DNA from: Octopus sinensis
Lineage: Eukaryota
Direction of reading: 5' to 3'
Length of the DNA: 64,000 nucleotides
Assembly: GCF_006345805.1 (NCBI RefSeq)
Contig: NW_021832432.1
Coordinates: 620,001-684,000, forward strand
Every line of letters starts with the position of its first letter. Positions within the stretch are counted from its first letter, which is position 1. Both the position numbers and the translations under genes were made by a program. Of this stretch, positions 51,170 to 63,145 are shown one piece after another. The notes below the pieces were generated by a model, which was not told the DNA's origin, ran no database searches, and saw only the letters and a list, made by a program, of their open reading frames with translations.

Positions 51170-51505
51170 ATAGGGACAGACAGACAGGCAGATAGGTAGA
51201 TAGATAGATAGACAGATAGACAGACAGACAAACAGATACACAGACAGACAGGCAGGTAAAGAGACACAGATAGATAAATAGATAGATAGATAGGCACATG
51301 AACAAGCAGGCAGACAGACAAACAGATAGATAAATAAATAGAAACATAATGACAGTCAGACAAACAGATAGATAGATAGATAGATAGATAGATCAATGGA
51401 AACAGACAGATAAATAGACAAATAGATGATAGATAGCTAGAGAGATAGACAGATAGATAGATAGAAATAGACAAACAGATAGATAGATAGATAGATATAT
51501 AGATA
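51170..51505. repeat. (GATA/GACA)n microsatellite
   Basis: Direct reading; a second tract lies at about 51925-52135. Confidence 0.9.
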
Positions 51506-51830
51506 TGTTTCTTTATTAGCCACACAGGGCTGCCCACAGACAGGACAAAATTACAAGGTAGAGCTTTTCTTTTGGGGGTAAAAGAAGGGGGTTTGGTTTT
51601 CGATCAAAAGGGATCGTAAATGGAAAGAAAGAGGACAAAAAAAGGGGGGGTGATAAAAAAAAGGGGAGGTGAGGAAAAAAAGGGAAGGGAAAAAAATTGA
51701 TCAATAGGGATCGTTATCACAGAAATGTCAATATGAAGTGTAAAGGGGAGGACAGGTGAGGTTTACCCGTGGAAAGAAAAGCCTACGGAAAAGACCACGG
51801 TAACCTCGGTCAATGGAAGTCACATGTTAT
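51506..51830 (-). mobile_element. Probable LINE 3' UTR (pyrimidine-rich, AATAAAGAAA end)
   Basis: Minus strand ends TTGTCCTGTCTGTGGGCAGCCCTGTGTGGCTAATAAAGAAA. Confidence 0.4.
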
Positions 51831-52649
51831 ATTTCCTTTTTTTTTTTTGCAAATAAGCAACTCTCAGTATTAATTTTTACGGTTCATAGAATCATAGTCA
51901 AGGTGGCTTCGTCATTCATACGTAGATATATAGATAGACAGATAGAAACAGAAAGACAGACTGACAGGTAGATAGAAAGAATAAGTAGATTCAGGCAGAC
52001 AGATGTTGATAGATAGTTAAGATAGACAGATAGATAGATCGATAGAAAATAGATATAGACAGGCAGATTGATAACTAGATAGAAAAATAGATATACGTAG
52101 ACAGACGTAGATAGATAGACAGACAGATAACACAGTAGTCCAATGCTGAAGGTATCACTCATATCATATCTGAAGGTCTTTGACCATATCCCCAACTGTC
52201 TCATTAACACACTTAACCTTACTTGATGCTGACCAGATTCTATATCAATATGAAGACTCAAATTTTCCAGCTGAGCAGAATGAAGTAATATTAAGTACAG
52301 TGCTTCTCCCAAGGACACTTTCAATCAATATACAGGATATTAGATTGAAGCTATTTATATTGTACACAAACTCAGACACAACTAATTTGGTCTGCCTAAT
52401 TTGCATAACAATGAAAGCAATGGAAACATAAATGAACAAGTGAATGCATAGAAGCACAACGTAACAGTAGTATATATACAGGATGTGGCAGAAGTAATAC
52501 CCTTTTGTATTTGAGTTGTCTAGTTTCTAATCGAGTTTCGTTTTTATTTCCCAAAAACTTCTGCGATTTTTTTCATTAGTTTATTGTTCGTTTCTTTAAG
52601 TAATGCAATAAGTTTGAGTTCAATAAAAAAATTACTTAATAAACATACA

Positions 52650-52823
52650 CAGGCACAAGAGTGGCTGTGTGGTAAGTAGCTTGCTTCCCAACCACATGGT
52701 TCTGGGTTCAGTCCCACTGCATGGCACCTTGGGCAAGTCTCTTCTACTATAGCCTCAGGCTGACCAAAGCCTTGTGAGTGGAGGATTTGGTGGACGGAAA
52801 CTGAAAGAAGCCTGTCATATGTA

Positions 52824-52862
<39 letters not shown>

Positions 52863-53070
52863 GTATGTATGTTTTTGTGTGTCTGTGTTTGTCCTCACAC
52901 TATCACTTGACAACTGATGCTGGTGTGCTTACATCCCCTGTAACTTAGTGGTTCGGCAACAGAAACTGATAGAATAAGTACTAGGCTTACAAAGAATAAG
53001 TTGTGGGGTCAATTTGTTTGACTAAAGGCGATGCTCCAGCATGGCCACAGTGAAACAAGTAAAAGAGTAT
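52650..53070 (+). mobile_element. Family B SINE
   Basis: Full-length; its 3' half is repeated at about 53568-53775. Confidence 0.85.
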
Positions 53071-54230
53071 ACTATAAAAGTTATTAAATGCAAAAAGAGC
53101 ATTACTTCTGCCACACCCTATAAATATATATACATATAAATATATCATGTGATCACGTGACTAACCAGGCTATCAGATGTTGCTACACATCACTGGTCAC
53201 AGCTGTTTCTGGGATATTTTATATATCCCTTCATCGGAGACGGTGTGAGAGAATGGCTTAGCAATAGTATTTAAATACTGTATACCAATCTGCCTAAATA
53301 ATGGAACTGCAGATGTAATATCCCTGCATATCTCACGTCTATTTTCATACCTCCACTTCCCTCTCTGTCATATCTTATCTAGAATAACTATTGCTTAACC
53401 ATTTTCTCACACCGTCTCCGATGAAGGGATTTATAAATAGGTCTGTTTTAGGGATATTTTATACATGTTCTGAAATCTTTCACAGCCTTGGATTTTTATC
53501 TCATCCTGTTAATTTACATATGTATATATGTATATATATATATATTATATATATATATATATATTTATGTATGTATGTTTTTGTGTGTCTGTGTTCGTCC
53601 TCACACTATCACTTGACAACTCATGTTGGTGTGCTTACATCCCCTGTAACTTAGTGGTTCGGCAACAGAAACTGATTAGAATAAGTACTAGCTTACAAAG
53701 AATAAGTTGTGGGGTCAATTTGTTTGACTAAGGCGATGCTCCAGCATGGCCACAGTGAAACAAGTAAAAGAGTATACTATAAAAGTTATTAAATGCAAAA
53801 GAGCATTACTTCTGCCACACCCTATAAATATATATATATAAATATATCATGTGATCACGTGACTAACCAGGCTATCAGATGTTGCTACACATCACTGGTC
53901 ACAGCTGTTTCTGGGATATTTTATATATCCCTTCATCGGAGACGGTGTGAGAGAATGGCTTAGCAATAGTATTTAAATACTGTATACCAATCTGCCTAAA
54001 TAATGGAACTGCAGATGTAATATCCCTGCATATCTCACGTCTATTTTCATACCTCCACTTCCCTCTCTGTCATATCTTATCTAGAATAACTATTGCTTAA
54101 CCATTTTCTCACACCGTCTCCGATGAAGGGATTTATAAATAGGTCTGTTTTAGGGATATTTTATACATGTTCTGAAATCTTTCACAGCCTTGGATTTTTA
54201 TCTCATCCTGTTAATTTACATATGTATATA
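52860..54230. repeat. About 702-bp tandem duplication bounded by (TA)n
   Basis: ACAGCTGT at 53199 and 53901; the copies differ by a few substitutions and 1-2 nt indels. Confidence 0.9.
53199..53243 (-). ncRNA. Hammerhead-like motif, third family (duplicated at 53901-53945)
   Basis: CCGUCU-CCGAUGA-A-GGGAUAU(AUAAA)AUAUCCC-A-GAA-ACAGCUGU; palindromic stem III; U4>C; 3' stem I strand missing. Confidence 0.45.
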
Positions 54231-54234
54231 TGTA

Positions 54235-54271
<37 letters not shown>

Positions 54272-54506
54272 TATACACTAAATTTTACTAGTTTTATTTT
54301 GTCTTCTCTCCTTGTTCTATATGAAAATTTAAGGTGGTTTCAGGGTCAGATTCTGGCTGCTATTTTCAGCATGGCAGTATCTTGTAGATACCCTAAATTA
54401 TAATTTTAATAATAATTATTACCTTTGAAGGTTTTTATTTCCATGCTGGCCACTTGATAAGATCGTTATTTAATTTAAATTAACGATCTTATCCTTATTT
54501 ATATAA

Positions 54507-54559
<53 letters not shown>

Positions 54560-54784
54560 TAAATATTTGTTGTGCAAGATTTTTTATGTGAAGTCGTGTG
54601 TTGAAACAGATATTGTTATATTTCGGAATGGTCATTTTGCAAGTTTAGCCAATAAAAACACACGCACTATATATTTGGTGTTATTTTGCTTCAGCGTTAT
54701 TTATTTTTTACATTAATCTTAATCTTATTTCTGTATGTAGATTTAGCCCATAAACAAACTGTATATATTTATATATATATCATT

Positions 54785-54858
<74 letters not shown>

Positions 54859-54884
54859 GCACTTTGTCAGTTACTATGAGTGTT

Positions 54885-55150
54885 CCAGTTGATTCAGTCA
54901 ATGAGGCTCCCTGCTTATGAAATTAAGGTGCAAATGGCTCAGCACTCCACAGACATGCACACCTTAATGTAGTTCTCAGGGAGATTCAGTATGACACAGA
55001 ATAACAGGTATAGTTAGCCCTCAGAATAACAGGTACAATTCACTTTTGCCAGCTGAGTGAAGTAGAGCAACGTGAAGTGATGCGTCTTGCTCAATGACAT
55101 TGCACACTGCTAAAAATTCTAATCATGACCTTATGATTTGAGCTGAATAG
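54885..55150 (-). mobile_element. Chimeric SINE: D-type head with E type-1 tail
   Basis: Minus strand TTGAGCAAGAC...TTCACTCAGCTGG followed by GTCTGTGGAGTGCTGAGCC...TCAACTGGAAC. Confidence 0.6.
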
Positions 55151-56060
55151 CCTTATTGTGAAGTCACACACCTTCACTCACACACACACGGCCGTTGAAG
55201 AATTTGGACCAGGAGATCTCCATTTCCAGTGACTTCGAGAGCCACCTCCCAGTGGTGTCAGGCGTCAACAAAGAGCCCTTGACTACAACAAGACGACCAA
55301 AGTTTTTTTTTCCCAAGGTCTGGGGTCTCCCGCCCCTAAGCTCTAGACTTTCACTTAATTACCCTTACCCGTCTTGTTGCTTAACAACAACACACACACA
55401 CACGCACATGCATACACACATATACACACACACACATACACACATATACAGACATACACCGCCACATACATATGTATGTGTGTGTGTGTATGTATGTTTA
55501 TGTATGTATGTGTTCTGTGTTTCTGTTTGTCTCCTGCCACCACTTGTCCTACCAGTGCTGGTTTGTTTAGGGTGCTGTAACTTGGTGGTTCAGCAAAAGA
55601 AACTGATAGAATAGACAACATACTGGGTTTTATTTGTTTAACTAAATTCTAAAGGAGTGCTCCAACCTGGCAGTTGCCCAATGACTGAAATAAGTAAAAA
55701 ATAAAGGATACTAACACACTATGATATACTGTGACTGTAACTCCAAAACACATTATATGTAGTGGCATAAATGCAGAATATTCTTTCACTTTTGCTATAA
55801 AGTAAGTTATGTACACCAGTGCTGCTCAAAGTGGTGATCCATGGACCAGTTCCAATCCACGAGCCATCAGATGCTAGTACATGGCAAGTTTCCAGAAAAG
55901 AAAAACATTATAAAATGCTTATGTAATATTGTATTATTTGTTTACAAAATAAATATAAGATAAAGAAAATTGTCAACTTTTATTGTAATCATTATGTATA
56001 TTACAAAGATGTACTTGCATAGCAAGTGACCTGATCTGAGATTGTGTGCTGAAACAGAAA

Positions 56061-56341
56061 CAATTGCAGCATGGAAGCTGTTTATAAGCCATTTAAAAAC
56101 ACACAAAAACTGTTAGATTCACTTCAACATTTAAATTTAATTTGTCAAAATATTTTCGTCACTTTGAGACCATGATCTGTTCACTGATAAAATTCTGTGC
56201 AGCATGGAATTTTGTCAGTGAACAGGTCACGGTCTCAAAGTGACGAAAATATTTTGGCAAATTAAATTGAAACGCTGAAGTGAATCTAATGGTTTTTGTG
56301 TGTTTTTAAATGGCTTATAAACACATTCCACTCTGCAATTG
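56061..56341. repeat. Fold-back, 135-bp arms, 11-nt loop
   Basis: 56061-56195 is inverted relative to 56207-56341. Confidence 0.9.
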
Positions 56342-56353
56342 ATTATATATATT

Positions 56354-56868
56354 ACTAGCAGTATCGCCCGGCGTTGCTCAGGTTTGTAAGGGAAATAACT
56401 ATATAAGCATTTTTAGAGAGTTACTTCCCTTATAGATGCCAATTCGGGCTTTCTTAGCCATTTCTGTTTTGGTGTCTTCAAGCCATGAAGTCGTTGTTCT
56501 AAAAGAACGCTGGTCTCCTTGACAACGCTTTACGACGTTGATTTCCTTACACTCCCTTCCCCACAGCTTCACAAGGGAGGGAAGAAGGGGGAGAAGCAAA
56601 CAGGTGCAGGTGTGACCATGGACGCCAACTCCGCCGCCATCGACACACGAAAAATTATGCATTAAAATGGAATAAAAAATGATGTTAAATTATTTTTAAA
56701 ATCGTAGACTCATCGTAGATGCGCGCTAATACTCAGATGGGCTCGATATGAATCACGACTATAAGATACCCGAATTTGGTTAAACTGCACAGCAAAATGT
56801 GGGAGTAGTTAGGAATCTAAATCGAAGGGGACAGACACTCACACAACTACAGTTTTATATATATAGAT
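56354..56868 (+). mobile_element. Helitron/Helentron-like element, type 2
   Basis: Colinear with 14825-15343. Confidence 0.7.
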
Positions 56869-57396
56869 TTCCGGTATAAATTAATATTACTAAGAAATAT
56901 TACCAGTCCTTGGCACATTGGGGGCAAAACAAAAACTGCTACTACACCACATCAGATAGTTTGAGAAACACTGATTTACACTTGTCTATGTTGACATAAA
57001 CATTTCACACAGTTGGGTGTATTTTGTCATACCACCAATTTTGAATAGTTTCAGTCTTTACTATGTTAAACATGCCAATTGATTCTGTTTGCTAATTTAC
57101 ATAGCAGGCCTCTGGTGATAGAGCTAAAAACTAGCTAATTTTTAGAACCAATGTTGATTTCAAAATTTAACTGTACAAACATCTATAATCTGACTCCACC
57201 TTACCCTAGCCAAAAGTGAAATCTTTTGATGTTGTTTGCCAGATATTGAGATTAATTCTATTCTCCATCACATAATCTAAAATATATGATTAAACAGATT
57301 TGAACAATAACAAGTAAAATCAACAAACTTATTTACCTGGTTGTATTAATATTTATCCACGTCTGTAGTTTTGTTTATAGTTCTTTTTCTTTAAAG

Positions 57397-57488
57397 ATAT
57401 TTGTATGTGCAACGTTTGTGCTAACTACAGAAAGCTTGCAGCAAGAATTGAAAATGTCAATGAGCCATATGTGATTACAGGAAGCTGA
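57397..57488 (+). CDS. Candidate terminal exon, (D)ICMCNVCANYRKLAARIENVNEPYVITGS*
   Basis: gttttgtttatagttctttttctttaaag acceptor, 29 open codons with CxCxxC, unique downstream DNA, AATAAA at 57757-57762. Confidence 0.42.
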
Positions 57489-57861
57489 GTGACATAAGCT
57501 GAGTGTACACCTAGCCATGTATTAAGAACTTCTAAGTACATAAATGTTTAATAAGTTTATGAAGACAGATGGCAAAATACTTTACAGTGATTGCTGGTCA
57601 ATTACAAAATTTTCTTTAGCAGCTTTCCCCCAGCATCTAAGAATACATTCCCAAATATTGCTCAATTTCTTCGATGGCATTTCATGAATCAACAACTCAT
57701 TCACTCTTTCTGAATCAACTGCTAAGTTATTATTACTATTCAAATGTGATTAAGCCAATAAATCTATAATTTCCCCATTTCTTTCAATTTCTAGTTTCCA
57801 AGGCCACATATAATTTCCTTTCATTTCAATTTTAGCCAGACCCCTCACGTTACTCATGCTT

Positions 57862-58075
57862 TTTTACTCTTTTACCCTTTTACTTGTTTCAGTCATTTGA
57901 CTGTGGCCATGCTGGGGCACCGCCTTTAGTCGAGCAAATCCACCCCAGGACTTATTCTTTGTAAGCGTAGTACTTATTCTGTCAGTCTCTTTTGCCGAAC
58001 TACTAAGTTACGGGGATGTAAACACGCCAGCATCTGTTGTCAAGCGATGTTGGGGGAACAAACACAGGCATACAA

Positions 58076-58153
<78 letters not shown>

Positions 58154-58258
58154 CATACATATATATATAATACAAATAAGAAAATGGAGAAACAATTTAG
58201 TTGGTTCATCAGCTTTCAGATATTAGAATGATGAACCAACCCCTAACTTACTTGGTGG

Positions 58259-58290
<32 letters not shown>

Positions 58291-58460
58291 TATATATGAC
58301 GGGCTTCTTTCAGTTTCTGTCAACCAAATTCACTCACAAGGCTTTGGCCGGCCTGAGGCTATAATAGAAGACACTTGCCTAAGGTGCCACGCAGTGGGAC
58401 TAAACCTGGAACCATGTAGTTGGTAAGCAAGCTACTTACAACACAGCCACCCCTACACCT
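57862..58460 (-). mobile_element. Family B SINE with an insertion in its microsatellite
   Basis: Tail 57862-58090, head 58295-58460. Confidence 0.8.
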
Positions 58461-58839
58461 ATGCGATAAATTTAATGATTAAAATGTACATGTATATTCA
58501 TTTAGTGTTAATATTTTAATGATAAGAATAATAATTATTATTAAATCCTACAGCCTTTCTTCTAAACTGGACTAGATATGTGGTGCATAACACTTAATTA
58601 TGGAAAAGGGCCATGTGCTCTCAACATCCATTTTGCACACACTTGCACATGTATGGGAAAATGAAAATGTATTGAGAGAAAAGTATGCAAGAGAGAAGAC
58701 TATGCTGGTTTGGATATGTGATGTGTATGAATGAGGATAGCTGCATAAAGAAGTGCTGATCACTGAAAGTGGATGGTACCTGTGGAAGAGGGAGACCCAG
58801 GTAGACATGGAATGAAGTGGTAACAACAATAACAACAAT

Positions 58840-58931
58840 AATAATATATATATATATATTATATAATAATAACAACAACAACAACAATAATAATAGTATA
58901 TATATTATACAACAACAACAACAATAATAAT

Positions 58932-58977
<46 letters not shown>

Positions 58978-58999
58978 GTTTCTGTTTATGTCACACCTG

Positions 59000-59030
<31 letters not shown>

Positions 59031-59047
59031 ATGTATATGTATATATG

Positions 59048-59079
<32 letters not shown>

Positions 59080-59088
59080 TCTATGTAT

Positions 59089-59135
<47 letters not shown>

Positions 59136-59210
59136 GTTTCTGTTTATGTCACACCTGTATATGTATATGTATATATATTATATATATATATATGTATATA
59201 TGTATATATG

Positions 59211-59242
<32 letters not shown>

Positions 59243-59269
59243 TTATATATATATATATATATGTATATA

Positions 59270-59337
<68 letters not shown>

Positions 59338-59370
59338 TATATTATATATATATATATATATATAATATAT
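58840..59370. repeat. (TA)n tract with three interspersed 24-bp units
   Basis: TACCTGTTTCTGT(T/C)TATGTCACAC at 58973, 59131 and 59370. Confidence 0.9.
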
Positions 59371-59788
59371 ACCTGTTTCTGTCTATGTCACACTTTAATC
59401 TTTCATCATCTGACACAAAATCTCCTCCTCCAATTCCCCACTCCCCTCTCAAAGATTCCTTGTCTTGCAAAGTTACTTGGTGACCTTGCCAGTGCTGGTG
59501 CCACTTAAAAAGCACCCAGTCCACACTGTAAAGCAGCTGGCATTTGGAAGGGTATCCTTCCAAATGTAAAATCCATGCCAGAACTGACCTAGGGTGTGCC
59601 ACATAAAAAGCCCTCAGCTCACTCTGCATGGTAGTTGATGTTAGGAAGGGCATCCAGCCATAAAAAAAAAACATGCCAAAACAGATACAGAAGTATGGTG
59701 CAGGTTTATGCCAAGCCAGCTCCAGTCAAACCGTCAAACCCATGCCAGCAGGGAAAGAGGACGTTAAATGATGATGATGATGATGATA
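59370..59788 (+). mobile_element. Family A repeat, extended form
   Basis: Duplicated core plus (GAT)n. Confidence 0.75.
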
Positions 59789-60234
59789 GCTCAATGAGGC
59801 TGCTTCAATACTTTATTCACTGGGTCATTAGAATTATTCTCTGATATGAAAATATGGATGTATGTAATACAATGTATCAAGATTTGTTAAAGCTGCAATA
59901 AACGCTTCAACAAAGCAATTGAGTAGTAACTTAATAATATTATGTCACTGATTTTGTTCCATAGTTAAGATTGTTTACTTCTTGATATAAAATGAAAAAC
60001 AATAGATAAAAAAAAAACTTGCGAGGTAGAAGAGGTGAAAAGTGTTTAACGAAAACTATAGCTTCCAGTGATGGTGTCTGTTATGATTGTAGTCTCAATA
60101 CTACCCATGTGAACTTTTAACATCATCTGAAGAAACAAAGAGTTCAAACAAAATGAAATTCAAAAGGAGAAGGAAAAAGAAAAATAAGTTTATTTACATG
60201 GCAAGCTTATGTATGTATGTATGTATGGATGGAT

Positions 60235-60277
60235 GGATTTGGTAGACGGAAACTGAAAGAAGCCCGTCGTATATATA

Positions 60278-60342
<65 letters not shown>

Positions 60343-60518
60343 TCCCCCCAACATCACTTGGCAACCGATGCTGGTGTGTTTTCGTCCCTGCGTTTCGGTA
60401 AAAGAGACCGATAGAATAAGTACTAGGATTACAAAGAATAAGTCCAGGGGTCGGTTTGCTCGACTAAAGGCGGTGCTCCAGCATGGCCGCAGTCAAATGA
60501 CTGAAACAAGTAAAAGAG
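60235..60518 (+). mobile_element. Family B SINE, 3' part
   Basis: GGATTTGGTAGACGGAAACTG to AAGTAAAAGAG. Confidence 0.85.
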
Positions 60519-60624
60519 TATGTTTTTATTTATAGCTTTATTTACTTAGAGTTCCACAGTTAAAACGTATTATTTACTCACAAACACACACATATATTTA
60601 TACACACACTCACACACATATTAT

Positions 60625-60841
60625 ATCCGGGTGGGTGCTGAAAAGTTCCTGGCTTTAGGTAAAAGAAAATAGAGGAAGACCAGTTGATTTTATCCAACAT
60701 GTTTCTCTGTCCGATTTACACACCTATTGCAGCGGTCCTTCATTTTTTTCTAAGCCCTGTATAAGAACTCGGAAGGTTGGGCCTCCAACTAGGCCTTTTG
60801 TGATTCCCTTAAAACCGTGAACTTTTCAGCACACCCTCATA
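60625..60841. mobile_element. Mariner-type MITE
   Basis: Imperfect TIRs GGTGCTGAAAAGTTC / GAACTTTTCAGCAC, TA flanks. Confidence 0.65.
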
Positions 60842-61214
60842 TATAATAGATAATATATAAATGTAATTATAATGTGTGTGTGTGTGTAAAATACCGTGTA
60901 AACAAACTTCGTTTGGAATTGAATTCTGTTTGAACTATTTGATACTTTTGATGATGTAAAAGTTCACTTAAGTAGTATCATATAGGCAGTCCGAGGAGCC
61001 ACCATTTCCAGAAGCTAAACCTTTGTTATGGAATTCTCACTTCTTTTACCTTCAGACACATAAATTATCATTATCTGCAGTCAGTCGACGCGACTATAAG
61101 AGAGAGGGGGGAGAGAGAGAGACAGAGAGAAGGATATCCATACATGCATACATACATACATTTGTATGTACGTAAGTGCATACATGCTTACATATATGTG
61201 TGCGTGTACATGTT

Positions 61215-61970
61215 TCTATGCTGAATTGCGCCAGGGCAGGCGGAGCCGTGGTAACGAGCGGTTGCGATACATGGATGTGCTGAAGATACATAGGAAGAAT
61301 TCTAGCATCTCCCCCAGACACCTGGGAGGAGTAGGACCTGCGGCAGGATGAATGGCACCGATCACTGAAGCTCGTTATTCCAACCATTGTGGAGAAACGA
61401 CATAGAGAATACGAAAATGCACATGAGAGGCATCACTTCTCCGTTGCGTCAAGATATCATCGCCGCTGTAAGTCAAGAGCCGTGACTGTAGCTGTTATGC
61501 GTGCCTGCTAAGTGGAGGCGCAATGGCCCAGTGGTTAGGGCAGCGGACTCGCGGTCATAGGATCGCGGTTTCGATTCCCAGACCGGGCGTTGTGAGTGTT
61601 TATTGAGCGAAAACACCTAAAGCTCCACGAAGCTCTGGCAGGGGATGGTGGTGAACCCTGCTGTACTCTTTCACCACAACTTTCTCTCACTCTTACTTCC
61701 TGTTTCTGTTGTACCTGTATTTCAAAGAGCCAGCCTTGTCACTCTCTGTGTCACGCTGAATATCCTCGAGAACTACGTTAAGGGTACACGTGTCTGTGGA
61801 GTGCTCAGCCACTTACACGTTAATTTCACGAGCAGGCTGTTCCGTTGATTCGGATCAACCGGAACTCTCATCGTCGTAACCGACGGAGTGCTTCTTCTTC
61901 TTATGCGTGCCTGCTAGTGAACAAAGAATGTCAATGTCGACCTACGATGAAGAGCGGAAGAACACACACA
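61215..61970 (+). pseudogene. RTE LINE 3' fragment split by an E SINE
   Basis: YAELRQGRRSRGNERLRYMDVLK...DTWEE...EKRHREYE. Confidence 0.75.
61511..61900 (+). mobile_element. Family E SINE, young intact copy
   Basis: A box TGGCCCAGTGG, B box GTTTCGATTCC, (CTT)n tail, 16-bp TSD TTATGCGTGCCTGCTA at 61495-61510 and 61901-61916. Confidence 0.92.
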
Positions 61971-62359
61971 CTTGAAAATCCTCAGAATATATTGGGGACC
62001 GTCTGAAAATGTTGCAAATATGACAAAGTAGGTGTTGAATAGGGTTGGAACCAAAATGGAAGGGGTAAGGAAAAGAGAAAGTCGCGAATGGAACATTTAG
62101 GTTTGGATTTGAAATACTGGACAAAAATGTGATTAATTCGATTATTAATAAAACGGTTAGTTCGGAGTGAATTAGATAATGATATACGGTTTGATAAAAC
62201 GGCTCCGTTCTTAAAATATTAACGTATGGCAATTTAAAAAAATAAAAAATTGTATTCAAGGGGAGTTAACTCTCATTGACAAATTTGAATCGTGTTGTGA
62301 CAACGATATATATTTGTGTGTCGTAATGAAATACGTAGATTGTGAAAAGAAGAATTTAA

Positions 62360-62775
62360 GGCGATCTTTCGTCTCTAGTAGACCTTTCCGTCGATTTCCG
62401 TAAATTTTTTTTTTTTTTACATATGGGTTTGCAGGAACTTTTGAAGTAATATACATACATATACACATACACCGAGTAAAAAATTTCAGTGATCTCTTTC
62501 TTTCACACATTACTCTGTCTCTTCACACACACTAACAGAAGCACTTCACTTACACAACATACTGTCTGTCTCCCACACCCCATCAAACACACACACACAC
62601 GTCCATCAATGCTCCCATGCACGGTAACTTCAAAAGAACTTCCCTCGTCATACAATCGCTTTCTCTTAGTCTCTTTCGCTCTCATTACTTCAAAAGTTCC
62701 CGCAAGCCCATATGTAAAAAAAAAAAAAATTTTACGGAAATCGACGGAAAGGTCTACTAGAGACGAAAGATTGCC
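62360..62775. mobile_element. Fold-back/MITE, about 91-bp arms
   Basis: 62360-62450 is inverted relative to 62684-62775. Confidence 0.85.
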
Positions 62776-62844
62776 GAATTTAAATATGATGAAGGAATTT
62801 AATTAACTGAAGAATGAGTTGATTTAAAAGTTTAGAGAGTTGCT

Positions 62845-63000
62845 AGGTATGGCTGTGTGGTTAAGAAGCTCGTTTGTAACCATGCGGTTCAGTCCCACTG
62901 CGCGGCAATTTGAACAAATGTCTTCTACTATAGTTCCTGAGCCGATCAATGCCCTGTAAGTGAATTTGGTGGACGGAAACTGTGGAAACCCGTCGTGGTG

Positions 63001-63031
<31 letters not shown>

Positions 63032-63145
63032 TGTGTGTGTGTGTGCGTGAGTGTGCGTGCGTGCGTGTGTGTGTGTGTTTCCCCACTCCTCTGCTTGGCT
63101 ACAGGTTTTGATTTGTTTATGTCCCGTAACCTAATAGTTCGGCAA
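62845..63145 (+). mobile_element. Family B SINE, truncated
   Basis: Head and GT tract; an inverted head fragment lies at about 63195-63270. Confidence 0.75.

Larger units (their letters stand above)
55817..56973. mobile_element. hAT-like MITE with nested insertions
   Basis: TIRs CAGTGCTGCTCAAA / TTTGAGAAACACTG; flanks ATGTACAC / ATTTACAC (7 of 8 match). Confidence 0.6.

Noticed and set aside
55190-55370. GC-rich segment of ORF 55195..55614
   Set aside because: No recognisable motif or splice sites; runs into a microsatellite; likely TE debris.
57580-57745. Minus-strand frame LAVDSERVNELLIHEMPSKK...
   Set aside because: Weak acceptor, bounded by stops, and overlaps the putative + strand 3' UTR.
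61511-61590. tRNA genes at SINE heads (B, D, E, F)
   Set aside because: A/B boxes are present but no complete cloverleaf acceptor stem; they continue into SINE bodies with TSDs.
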